From Isurus oxyrinchus (lineage: Eukaryota): a stretch of DNA of 64,000 nt. Numbering within the stretch: the first letter of the stretch is position 1; every line of letters starts with the position of its first letter. The notes under the pieces were generated by a model. The model did not search any database. It saw nothing but the letters and a program-made list of their open reading frames with translations, and was not told the DNA's origin. Of this stretch, positions 49,626 to 61,223 are shown piece after piece. The stretch lies in the NCBI GenBank assembly GCA_026770705.1, contig JANJGN010000018.1, positions 12,400,001-12,464,000 on the forward strand. The letters run 5' to 3'. The translations under genes and the position numbers were made by a program.

Positions 49626-50841
49626 ATTCTATATAATTATTAATATTGCTGATATTGAAGGGAACTAATTTGTTCTTTTTAACTTTTAGACTTCCTTGCT
49701 ATTTTAGAAAGTTTTAGTGAAACTGCCTGGAAGTTGTTACAAATACGAAATTTGTAAGATTATGTTTTGTGGCTGTCTCTTTAATTTAGTTTAAAATGGA
49801 AAAATAAAGGGGACTGTGTGTCCGGTTCTGAATTCTGCTTGACAACAAGCTTGGATAGCTTGGTTGCTAAAGGTTAAGATTGGGGGGGGGGGGGGGGGGG
49901 TGCGGAGGGACGGGACGGACGGCCTAAGTTATCTCTCTGGGAAGAAGAGGCGAGGTATTCATACCTGTAAACAATGACCAGAGCAGCTGTGCTGATGGTG
50001 GATTTCTAAACCTCACAGGGAGGTGTTAGGAATGTCGAGCTTTATAAACGGTTATACTTCAATCTGTCTATTTAATTCCAAGATAGAATGGTGTTGGGAT
50101 TTGGAAATCAATTTCTAGCATTTCTACCTGGATACGTGGCTCATGTGGTTCACATTGCCTTGGAGGTGGACTTTGAGAGGGGAACAGGGCATAGAAAACC
50201 ATTGTAGTATTGTTTTTCAGGGTTTGCTTAAGATAATCCCAAACAGGTCAACCTTTCATTTTGGAGTTTTATATTGGCTTGGCTAATCTCCTGTCCTACT
50301 TTCTGTGGAGCTACCAATTCTTCTAGGTAGGTCTTGCATTATTATGTGGAAATAATAATTAATTAGACATTTTAAATATTAAAAAGTGATAAATTTAATA
50401 GTTAAGTTTTGATGGTTTAAAAGTTGCATCTTTGACAAACGGGGAATTTAAAATACGTGCATCTAATCTATTCCTGCCTTCTAATTACTTCGTTACAATT
50501 CCCTTAGAGACCAATGGCTTTTGAAAAGAAATTCTAATTTCCAGTGACTGACTAAAAGGATCACACAACAAGATTTCAAGTTTTAAGACTTTTACATGTA
50601 AGAAACATACTTGAAGCAGCATTGACTAAACACTATATCAGTAGGTAATTTACACTCTAAATTACAGAATAGATTCCCCATTTAATGACCAAAAATCCTT
50701 CCTCCTTTTCCAGCTGGGTAATTTTTGATCCCTAAACTGACTTCCATGGTGAGGATTACCCTAGAAATCACTTCCTCTAGCTACTACCCCCCTTCAATCC
50801 GAGCACAAGCTACCACCCGCATTCTGCATGAACAATAGAGT

Positions 50842-50868
50842 CTGTCTCTCTCTCTCTCTCTCTCTCTC
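50842..50868. repeat. (TC)n microsatellite
   Basis: Direct reading. Confidence 0.85.
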
Positions 50869-51037
50869 ACGCTCTCAGATTCTTGTTGATTGACCTGTAA
50901 CATGACCCGAGTAACTATTACTCATTTTACAATGTTGTCACTTACAAGTGGGGCTATTTTTGAGTCATCTGCTTCATTTTTAGGGCCACATTTACATTTT
51001 TGAAGCTATACAAATAGTTGTTTGGTATTACAGAACT

Positions 51038-51209
51038 TGAGTATTGCCGGAAAAAGACATGTTGTTGAAGCTTTTTGTCTAACCAATCAGCACTCTCTTC
51101 TCATGTGGTATAAATTATTGTTCACTTTACAATTTGGTAGTCTTGTGAATTGTCTTGATGCGTGCAAGACGAAAAGCTTCGACATCATGTCCTTGTTCAG
51201 CAATGCTCA
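51038..51209 (+). mobile_element. Fold-back Penelope-like remnant of a second family with a decayed hammerhead
   Basis: 44-bp inverted arms (51038-51081 and 51166-51209); GTC-TTGATGC...GAAAAGCTTC-GAC at 51152-51183. Confidence 0.6.
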
Positions 51210-52139
51210 TTTTTAAAGTTGTTGGTCAGCCATTTCTAAATTGGGATGTCTCCTTCACATTCATCTCATGGAGCTCAAAATCCTCTTCTGGCACAAGCCA
51301 AATTTGGGAGAACAAAATCTAGAATTATGGCTTCAGTTCAAATTGGAATAATACTAGATATTCACATATCAACCATTATGTTAATGTAAGTTCCAGTAAC
51401 AGCACAGAATATAGTTATATAATATACAGAACAACAATCACTGGCACAGTACAAAGTCATGATTTAATTTGTTTCCAATTATATAAACTATGTGTGCCAA
51501 GCCCAGGCGGTTTCAAACATTAGCAAAGTCTTGCCTTGAACTCACTGCCAGACATTTGTTCTTCTTTATATTGCAGATAGCTTAATGTTTATTTTAAAAT
51601 GGTTCCTGTGGGGTGCCATTGCGACTAAAAAAATGTCATCCATTTAGAGCAACTGTCCAAGATTAAATTATGATGGTTGGAAGGTTAGACAGATAATCTG
51701 GAGCTTCTCTCACATATGCTTTGGGCTCAGGGAGAAATTTCACAGAACTTTCCCTCAGGAAATTACATACAATTTGAGTTGAGTCCATGGTAAGAAAAGC
51801 TACTCATGGTCCTTGGAGGGAGCAGGCTTGATAGGCTAAATGGTCTTTTAAGAACAGTGTAAGAGTACTTGGAAGAAGGAAAGGTTCTTCAAAACATTTT
51901 GATTTCTCATTGCACTTTGTATTGAAATCATGCTGTATGATATTAATAACAAATATCCTAAATGTTCATATGAAATTCCCTTTACCATCATTTACAGCAT
52001 GGCATTAACTGACATATAAATTAGATATCTGGATGTCTTCATTAATATATCAAAAGCAATGTCAACCAGACACCACACAACACAATTTCAATCCAAGAAT
52101 TATGCTCTTCTCACAGCAACATTTTGCAGGAAGTTGATG

Positions 52140-52680
52140 TGCTAGAATTTGCTAGTAAAGTAATGGCAAATTTGATGTGCATAAATGTGTAAGTCATCCA
52201 GCAATTGTGGCAAGTAACATATACCCCATGTTATGAATCAATACAAATTGCTATGCAATTTATGCTGCTCTGCCATTAGTCTCACAAAAAAACTGAGCTC
52301 ACCATCAACTTCCCCATGACTTTTAATAGGTTGCAGCATTTGCTTTGTCAAAATGAATTAATCCTGTTGCAAAAAGTTAGTGCTGGTACTTAACAGTATA
52401 AGGACCTCTTCAATTATGGAATTTATGTTCCTGCAATGCTCGTTAATTAATCTATCCCAGAAAGTGAACAATTGAGATCATGGTCTCTTAGGTAGTAAAT
52501 TGATCTTGGAGAATGTACACGTTAAATGTAAATGTATTTCTTACATGACCTTTCCGTCTCTTTTCTCTCTCAATCTAATATTTTGTTCTTTCTTTATGTG
52601 TCTAATTTCACTCTAATTCAGCCTATTTCCTTCTTTGTTGTTCCTTGGCTTCTTTCTCAATCCTTAAATCTCATTTGTGT
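52140..52680. mobile_element. Old non-autonomous DNA transposon (family of 57359-58024)
   Basis: Shares AGGTAGTAAATTG, ACTCTAATTCA and TTAAATCTCATT blocks in the same order. Confidence 0.6.
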
Positions 52681-52827
52681 TTCTTAAAGAGCAGAAACAC
52701 AAGTTATATAGTATCATGTGAATGGTACTTCAGCAATAAATCAAGTTCTTCCTTCTTTTTACTGTTTCTAACCTTTTTGATGTTTGTTCAGGGATCAATA
52801 TTGGCCGGAAAACCAAAGGAGACCAGA

Positions 52828-52847
52828 CCACCCCCCCCATCCCCCCG

Positions 52848-52880
<33 letters not shown>

Positions 52881-52888
52881 ACCGCCCT
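52828..52888. repeat. Poly-C tract
   Basis: Direct reading; explains the poly-Pro and poly-Gly ORFs. Confidence 0.9.
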
Positions 52889-53012
52889 GTTCTGCTACAA
52901 AATATTGCCATGGAATAGTTACATATACTTGAGAAGGCAAATAGGGCCTTAGTTTAATGTCTCCTCCAAAAGAAACACCTTTGAAAGTGCAGCACACTCT
53001 CAGGACTCCACT
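52888..53012 (-). mobile_element. Deu-domain SINE fragment
   Basis: TGCCATGG...GGGCCTTAGTTTAATGTCTC...GTGCAGCAC. Confidence 0.6.
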
Positions 53013-53040
53013 GACTTCTCATCTTCCTTCACCCAATCTA

Positions 53041-54432
53041 GGCCTGAATTTTCAAAGGGACAGAAAAGGACCCCAACTTAGCCAAAATGGCACCAGAGCC
53101 CCGATTCCATAAGTCCCACCCTCCAAGCTCAAAGCCCAAAACCCACCAATTTTGCCCAGGTGGGGTGGGGCAATGGGGGGCCATTGTATTTTGCACATCC
53201 ATGGTTCACAGAGGCAGCTGGACATGTAAAAGTGCAGCTGCCTTCAAACAGATCCAATTTTCATTAGCAGGATGTCCAAAACACAACTCATTGGCTTTAG
53301 ACCTTTGAGAAAAAAAGCTCCAAAAACTGCCGGAGTTATTTGGAGAGGTAGGGTACCCTTTTGGAAAGTTTCCAGGTACCCCTTTGGTAGAGGTAAAGTG
53401 TCCTTTGGGATTCGTAAGAATAGATATGAATGCACATAATAAATGGATATTCTCTGTGGAACTGTCAAGCTTTCAAGGCATTTAAATCTCCTGCCTTTTA
53501 TATTTTTTAAAAAGTCTGCAGCTGGTTCTTGCATTTTCACTCTGTCTGTTGACATAAGCCTGAGGGTTATCATCATAGAATTAGTGCTGCATGACTGATT
53601 CCACAAACTGTCATCACAGTGGGGTGCCTGTCAGTTCACAGTTTGAGTGGTTATAAAGTCTTTAATGTAGGGCAACGAATACAGATGAGTGTTTTCATGT
53701 GGGATTAAATACTTGAATTAAATATTTGCTTTTATTAAGGGATTAAGTAGTTGAAAGAATATATATGTATTGAATGGAGGTTTTTGTGAATGCATTTTTG
53801 TGAATGACAGTCTGTTTTAAAAATAAATGCTGCAATGGGCACTTAGGCCAGGATTTTATGGACCCGCTGTGGTGTGTCTCCCCACGGCGGATGCAGCAAA
53901 CCATTTAAATCTCCATTCAGTTCGGTGCGACCATGATATCCTCCTGGGTGGGAGGGGCCATAAAATCCTGGCCTTAGAACTTTATTTCATCTTAGTATGG
54001 CTCCTGAGTTCTGCCCATGGTGGATACTGGGTGAGTTGGCATAGAGGGCTGGAGGGCTAAAGGGCCATGGGGGTGGGTGGAGCAGTATAGGTTGGCATGG
54101 AGGGTATGAGGGACCATGGGTGTGGGTGGGAGGCATAAAGTGGCATGGATGGAGCGTGGGGAGTGTGTGGGGGGTGGGGGTAAGGGGGTTGGAGGGGTGA
54201 GGGATGGAGGGCTGTTTTTGTTGTATTTTTCACAAGTGCCGCACTGCCCGCTTCCACACCCAGCAGGCCCTGCACCTGCCTGCACGGTGGGTCCAACTCC
54301 CGTTAACACCTGCCCACCCCACCCCAGGGACAAAAATTAGAACATCTGGGGCACTTTCTCTTGTGTTGGGTTTGCAGAATTGGGATTCTTTTCAGATTCT
54401 GTGCTTCTGACTTGAAAGCAAAAATTCGGCCC
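53041..54432. mobile_element. Non-autonomous Harbinger-like element hosting a mini-MITE
   Basis: TIRs GGCCTGAATTTT / AAAATTCGGCCC; flanks CTA and CTC. Confidence 0.65.
53846..53973. mobile_element. 128-bp Tourist-like (PIF/Harbinger) MITE
   Basis: Perfect 16-bp TIR GGCCAGGATTTTATGG / CCATAAAATCCTGGCC; TSD TTA (53843-53845 and 53974-53976). Confidence 0.92.
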
Positions 54433-54959
54433 CTCGTGTCAAAACAATCTCAGGCAGAGGAAGAGAATTAGATCGTAGGGGAATCATGTTATAAATGTAC
54501 CATGCTTGGGAGGAAAGGATAACTTTGAACCTAATGATTCCTGAAGCTGTCCATCACGGGTGGTTTTCCTTGTCTAATATCTGGATCCATTGTTGATTAA
54601 TTGAAAAAGATTGTTTGCTACGTTTAGTCAACAACTCCGTTATTAATGTATCATGCAACTGCCAGGATGGTAGAATGCAAACTAGACAGACTAAATACCC
54701 ATCCAAAGAAGGAAGCGATGAGAAGCAGGTAGCAAAAAAAAACAAGGAAAAAAGTTAAAGCTTTGACAATAGATTTTCTGCATCTGTTATGCCCAATAAG
54801 TGTTTGTAAAATTAGAGTAACTGATAGAATTATGGACAGAGATAGATTACACCAAGTCTCTACCCACTAAATAATAATTTAAGGAGGAGGAAATGTGTCC
54901 AACAATGTCCAAATTGTAATCATTTGTAAGTGATAAACATCAATGTGAACAAATTCAAA

Positions 54960-55470
54960 AGGGCCTCAACAGGTTACATCAGGAAGTGGAGGAATGGCAG
55001 GTGCAATTTAATATTGCAAAAAAGCATGGTTATGAGATTTGGCAGGGGGAAAGTTGATGTAGATCTTGTGCTAAATGGCAATACTCTTTAAATGTGCCCA
55101 GGCTGCTAAAAGGAGCACACAGAATATTTGGATTTGTCTTAAGCGGTATAACTTATAAACCTAGAGAGGTAATTTTAAAACTGTATTCAGCCCTGGTGAG
55201 ATTACATCTGTAGCACTGCATACAGTTTTGGTCCCCCTATTTCAACTAGGATATTGATTAGTGGGAGGGGGTACAGAGAAATACTATATGACTTAGGAGA
55301 AGGTTTATTACAATAGGTCTTTTCTGACTTGAATACAATAGATGCATTTAAAGGAAAGTTAGATAAACTCATGAGGGAGAAAGGTTATACTGATAGGGTG
55401 AGATGAAGCAGAATGGGAGGAGGCTCATGTGAAGTATAAACATTAGCATGGACTAGTTGGGTCAAATGTG
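54960..55470 (+). mobile_element. Old CR1 fragment(s)
   Basis: EWQVQFNIAK, LKLYSALVRLHL*HCIQFWSP; tail GGACTAGTTGGGTCAAATG. Confidence 0.75.
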
Positions 55471-55589
55471 CAGTAACAGCCCATTCTTTGTGATTTTCCT
55501 TTTACCTATATTTTTCAGAGAGTTTAATAACCAGAACAAGTGGAGAGGTGCCTAGCAATTCAAGTTGCACATCCTTCATTCAATAGTTT

Positions 55590-55700
55590 TTTACATCACA
55601 AAAATGACTGTAACTTCAAAGAGTACTTAATTGACTGTAAAGCATTTTGGGATATCCTGGGCTTTGGAAAGATACTATATAAAAGCAAATCTTCCTTTCT
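55590..55700 (+). mobile_element. Deu-domain SINE tail
   Basis: CTTCAAAGAGTACTTAATTGACTGTAAAGCATTTTGGGATATCCTG...CTATATAAAAGCAA. Confidence 0.7.
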
Positions 55701-56624
55701 ATTTGCCAGAATAACACTACGTATACCACTTAAGCCATCAACAATTTACAGACATTTTAAAATAAAGGTGATTCAAATTCTGTACATAATCCAAGTCATT
55801 CAATTCATTTCATGAAGAGGCACTACCTCACGAATTGTTACATAAAGGTGAATAAAATCATGAGAAATAAAGGGTTGATTAATGCCATAGGCTCTTTGTA
55901 CAGTGGTGTATTTTGATGGAAAATACATCGTTTGTCTTGAGCAGATGGAACTAGAAGATTTACCAAATACTTGCAGTGAAGACGGGGTCTCTTCAGGTTG
56001 ATGGTTTTCAAAATAAGATTCAATCTTTGGTTACGTTTGTGTGAATTGTAGAACTCTCAGGCAATTTCTTGTCAACAAACTGGTTATTTTTCATGTACTA
56101 ATAACATCAATGTAGATTAGAGAAAGTAATCATTGCCCATTTTGTTTTGGGCTGACAAGCTACAACAATAATGAGATTCTACAAACCCCACCACTTTGTG
56201 TCTATCTTCTGGAAATCGTGCCTGCTGTGTGTTGCTTGCTTCCTGATGCTTCATTGTGGTCATGCTCCCAAGTTGCTCAAACTTACAAAGCTGAGGAAAC
56301 AGTGGATGATTTGGGGACATCTCAACATCACTGGCCAAAGCCGGGAAACGGCAGATGGTGACAAATAGGATGAATTTGAAGTGGATGCTAATCATCATAG
56401 CAGGTATTAAAAATTCTCTCTCCCTGCTCAATGTAGGAAATGAGCAGGAGGCTTCAACAAAATCTGACCACTTCCTAAATTACACCAAATACAATCTTGC
56501 TAGGACAATATTGCACGTACCTTAGCACTCATTGTAGAAGGTGAAGGACATTTGAAGAGGACAATGTTCCCTTCAACTCAGTTTTCACTGTGCAGTAGGA
56601 ATGATCATATCATCCAGAAATAAA

Positions 56625-57352
56625 GGGGGGAATTTAATGGAGTCCACTGAAGCGGGCATGATGGCTGGGAGGCAGGGAGAATCAGGCAGGAGTAGCCACA
56701 TTGGATTCCTGGCATCAGGAAAACAGTCCCAAATTAAATTGGGGTGGGAAGGGTCCGATACGGTAATCCTTGCTGATGGGTGTCATTTAGGCTCATTAAT
56801 GAGCCACTTGAGAGTAATTATCCTTGAGCCTGCCAGAATTTAGCGGTGGCTCAAGGATTTAATGGGACTCGCACAGCTCTCCTGAACCTTCCAGAGGCAG
56901 CCCAGCAAACCCCATTGGGTTTGCCTGCGGCCATGGAAGGGGATCCTTCATTGTCAGATGCTCAGTGCCCGATCGAAGGACCTGGTATCAGGAAGGGGGC
57001 TACTGAAAGCCACCCCCTGCACTTGCGTCTGAAACAGCAACCCCTCCCTAGGACCCCCATACCGTCCCATTCATCTGTGTGCAGGGAACCAGCAGCGATC
57101 CTTAAGCTAGGCATTGGAGCATTACCAGCAGCAGCCACCATTCCTGGTGATGCTGCCAGCAATGGCGAGCTGCTGGCCCCTGATTAGCCATTAGATCTCA
57201 GGGTGGGATTTCTGCACGGACAGCCCAAAGCTGGCCAGTTAAGTGCCTGAGAGCACTTAAATAGCTTTGGGCCTTCCCAATACAAGCGACTCAGGGCTCC
57301 CACCAGTTCTCCAATGAGGATGAACCCCCATTGCTAGCATTAAATCATGGCC
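56625..57352. mobile_element. PIF/Harbinger MITE
   Basis: Ends GGGGGGAATTTAATG / CATTAAATCATGGCC; AAA on both flanks. Confidence 0.65.
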
Positions 57353-57358
57353 AAAATT

Positions 57359-58024
57359 GAGCCAGATTTTACGACTAAAATAGTGGGAAGTTTAATGGCA
57401 TTCACTACTTTGATGTATAATTCATCCAACAACTTGTGGTGAAAAAGAAATATCCTGTGAATCATGAATTATAAGTTTCTGTATAATTTGTACCTTTTGG
57501 CTAGTAAAAATGGCAGCTTGTCCTCAACATCTCAGAGTTTCATTTCATCACTGCATTTGCTCATTAAACTTGCCACAGAAAGAAAGTGCAGTAAATTAAC
57601 TGCATAAGTACCTTTTTAAATGAGAAGGTTTTTTTGTTTGCAATGCCAGTCAACCTCTCTGGCCCAGAAAGGGAACATGTGAAACTCGAGTCTCATTGCT
57701 ACAGGTAGTAAATTGTTGTTTGAGATTTTCTCTTAAATTTCTTCTTTTACATTCTCTCTCGATCTTGTAATTCAATCTGACTCTATTTCACTCTCTGTAT
57801 CTGGTTTGACTCTAATTCACCCTGTTTCTTTCTCTGTTTCTTTCTTGGTCTTTAAATCTCATTGGTTAAGGAAACAGACTGTTGGTCTCAACATTTACCA
57901 AGATCCCAGATACCCATTGCACTTGCCACATCAATGCTAGTAATTCACAGGGAAAGATTTTCAGCTGAAGATCAAGGGGAAAAGTCTAAATAATGGGAAG
58001 TCCTGCTTCAGCAAGATCTGGGCC
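57359..58024. mobile_element. Old non-autonomous Harbinger-like element
   Basis: Ends GAGCCAGATTTT / AAGATCTGGGCC; homologous copies at about 1500-1795 and 52140-52680. Confidence 0.62.
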
Positions 58025-58934
58025 AAAGTATGTGCAAACACAGACAGTTACTTGACAGGTGCTCTACGAGCTGAGGAAAACCTGTACATAGCAGCAACAG
58101 CTCAACATAGCAAAGCTTGGTGAAACATCTGTATGTTACTATTGACACTGCATCCAACTATTTATTTTAGCAGAGAAAAGTCAACAGAGACAAATTTCAA
58201 ATAAACTATCCAGAATTCCAGTAGTATGTCACTATAATAACAGTCCTTGATCGCAACATGTGTACCAACTAACAACACATGAGTTGCAGCAATCAAATAG
58301 TTTTGATTTAAACACAGCAGGTGTAGGATCATTCCATTATGTTAAATTCAGCTGCAGAGGAAAAAACACCCAGTCAAAACTGCGAGAGTAAAGTACAGTG
58401 ATGTGTGCTTTCTGACCTTTCTGTGATGGAAGAAAAGGGTACATTTTGATTGGAGGCAAATCTTTGATTTTTCCAACCTGTTGGTTACAAGTTCTCAAAA
58501 ATTGCTACACTCTCACCAAACATTTACCCAAACCAAAGGGAAGAGTCAAAATATCACCTCTGCTCAGGATAGAGGGCCACGGGTACTCAACGGTTCTCTC
58601 TCTGATACACATGCATTCAGTGGTTCTCTCTTAATCTCCATTCTCTCAACTTTCTGTTCTTTCACATATAAGCAGAGATTATAACCCTGCCCACAAGAGG
58701 ACTTCAACCGTGGGAAAATCATCACCGAGCCACTCATTCATACCCTAGCAGATAATTTAGAGTTGAATTGGTGAAAGCCCAAAAGCAGCTGATTCACACA
58801 CGTCAAAGTTACTTATGGCTCAAGGAAATCAGTTGGTGAGCAGGAAGTATGATAAGAAAATGCTTAGGCTTTGACATGATAGGTTAGTAGCTTTGGAATA
58901 ATAGCTTAGCTCTCAAACGCCTGGGGTTGGTTGT

Positions 58935-59350
58935 AAAAAGAAAGATTTGCACTTGTAAGCACCTTTCATGGCTTCAGGATGCCCAATGTGTTTTACAACT
59001 AGTGAACTAATTTTGTAGTGTACTGTAGTTAGTTGTAATGTAGGAAAATGCAGCAGCCAATTTGTGGACAGCAAGCTTCCAAGAACAGCCATAATGTAAT
59101 GACAGGATAATCTGGTTTAGTAATGTTGGTGAAAGGACAAATATCAGTTAGGACACCAGGGAAAACTTCACAATAGGGCCATGGGATATTTTATTTTCAC
59201 CTAAGTGGACAGACAGGGCCTCAGTTTCAATGTCTCAGTAAAAGGTAGCCTCTAACAGTCAAGCTTATTGCTAATGTCAGTGGAGTTGGATTTGAACCCA
59301 TGATCTTCTGGTTCAGAGGTGAGAGTTCTACCACTGAGTTATGGCTGACT
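58935..59350 (-). mobile_element. Deu-domain SINE
   Basis: Tail, core (GTAATGTAGGAAAATGCAGCAGCCAATTTG) and head (GGATTTGAACCC...TCAGAGGTGAGAGTTCTACCACTGAG). Confidence 0.88.
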
Positions 59351-59914
59351 TCATAATGTGTTAAGTGCATTTTTGGTTAGTAAAAAGAAAATAAGTAATA
59401 GATACTGACATTGGGCATGTAATCTCAATCCTCATATTTCCATGGTGATGCATACTTAATCTTCTTGTGCATTTGTTGGAAAATGTTAAGATTAAGAACA
59501 GTGAAGAAAAGTGTTTTTATATTGTTGTGAGTGCTTTATTTCCATGGTTACTGAATGGTGGTCAGTACACATGTGGAGTACATTAACCTACATTATGTAA
59601 GTGTGTGTAAGGTGTTTTCTACTAAAGTTAGTGTAATTGGCTAAAATGATGTCACAATAGTTAAAACTGTGGCTCAGTGGCAGATTTACTGTTAGTGGGG
59701 CCCTGTGCTCAGCTTCATTTTTGACCCCCACCACCCCTTGTAGACAACCCAAAACTACGGGGCATTTGTTATTTCACTGGCTTTTTCACAGTCACGTAAA
59801 TGCTTCTGCACACTGTCATATTACCTCAGTTTTGGCCACTCAGTCGAAAAAACTTAGTGCCTCCAACGAAATGATACCACTTAAAATTTAATTTATAAAT
59901 TAAGGCACTGATTT

Positions 59915-60008
59915 GCTCTCGTGACGCAATTGGTTAGCATGTGGTATATTAATGGCAGGATTGAGGTGTGTGCAGTGCCGAGGTTGAGTTCAAGCCAAAC
60001 CTAGAGGA
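59915..60008 (+). pseudogene. Intron-containing tRNA-Ile(TAT)-like pseudogene
   Basis: GCTCTCGTGACGCAATTGGTTAGCATGTGGTA...intron-like TGGCAG..GCA...TGCCGAGGTTGAGTTCAAGCCAAACCTAGAGGA aligns to vertebrate Ile-TAT (GCTCCAGTGGCGCAATCGGTTAGCGCGCGGTAC...ATGCCGAGGTTGTGAGTTCGAGCCTCACCTGGAGCA, from memory), with CpG decay and a damaged anticodon loop. Confidence 0.75.
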
Positions 60009-60167
60009 ACTTTGGTTGAGCAGTTCATGTTGTGAAAAACATGAGCGTTCAGCTGGCTGTGGAATGGAACATGGTGCAATCTCAAGCAATAAAATAATTT
60101 AATTGGAAGGGTCCAAATTCTGTAGATTTAGAACGAATCTGTCCCAGTTAAATGGCTCAAGTGTCAA

Positions 60168-60278
60168 CATAAATGCTGCAAATACTCAGCAGATGAAGCA
60201 GCTTCTGTGGAGAGAGAAACAAAGGTGATGATCCTTCTGCTCTCGCTGATCCTACTGTGTGTTTCATTTCGGCATTGA
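60168..60278. mobile_element. Old Penelope-derived fold-back remnant
   Basis: AAATGCTGCAAATACTCAGCAG...CTGTGGAGAGAGAAAC resembles the inverted arm at 11720-11760. Confidence 0.55.
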
Positions 60279-60659
60279 CTGTTTAGTTCATGCTGTTCAA
60301 TTTGTTGCCAATTTATCGGATTGAAAAAAGTTGAAGCGACTGTTACTATAATCTAAACCATCCGATGTTTATAGGTAATATAAAATGTTATGAACAGGTT
60401 AAACGTTCAGGATAGAGGTTAAAGTCCGTGGTTAAGCTCAGTCTTATAGAACAGTTAATTTATACCCGAGCTTACCTCACAACTTATTTATTACCCTTTA
60501 AACTGCATCAATGTATGAAGTAGGCAATAGAATTCTCGAAGGGCATTAGGAGGTGTGGGCGGGAAGGGGGTCATCATGTAGGTTCCTGACTAGCGGTCTC
60601 CAGGTTAATTTAACCTGTGACTCTCTTCAATCTCTCTCCCATCTTTATGCTGGAGTTTT

Positions 60660-60830
60660 TAAAAAGAGATTGAAATGTAACAACGTGATGAGATACCCGG
60701 TGGTTGGGAACAATGGCAAAACAGCCAGTAAAGTACTGTTGAGTTGCAGTCACTGTTGCACACGGGAAGCTTCCACAAACAACACGTCACTTTTATTGGA
60801 TAACCTGCTTTCGTGACGCTGCTCTCCTGG
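60660..60830 (-). mobile_element. Diverged Deu-domain SINE fragment
   Basis: ACAGCCAGTAAAGTACT...GCAGTCACTGTTG...CCACAAACAAC. Confidence 0.55.
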
Positions 60831-61223
60831 AAGTCAGTGCCAGCCTGAACCCCCATTAACAGACACCAGAAAAAGGGCTAAAGCTTCAAGGAAACATCAA
60901 AGCCACTCCCTTTCCTGCTTGGTTCCCTCTGAATGAATAGGGCCACAATGGAATGGGCATCCCAATTTCTTCTCGTCCTGTCCCCCAAAGTCCAGCCAGT
61001 CATTGTCCTGTTCAACTCGGATTCCCAATCCGTTTTTGCAATATTCAGGTTTTCATTTCCTGCCACCACACTGCCCACAAAGAGAAGGGTTATTATGCAG
61101 TAAAATGAATGTGCTGTGCATCCAGGTTGATTCTCTCTCTCTCTCTCTCCCCCACCCCACTCGTCTTATAATCTACATTGAAAACTAGCCGGCCAGCAAT
61201 GCAATCTGGGCCTCTGAAAGGTA

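Noticed and set aside
52645-52997. Poly-Pro and poly-Gly ORFs
   Set aside because: Translation of a poly-C homopolymer whose length may be unreliable; the flanks are repeat fragments.
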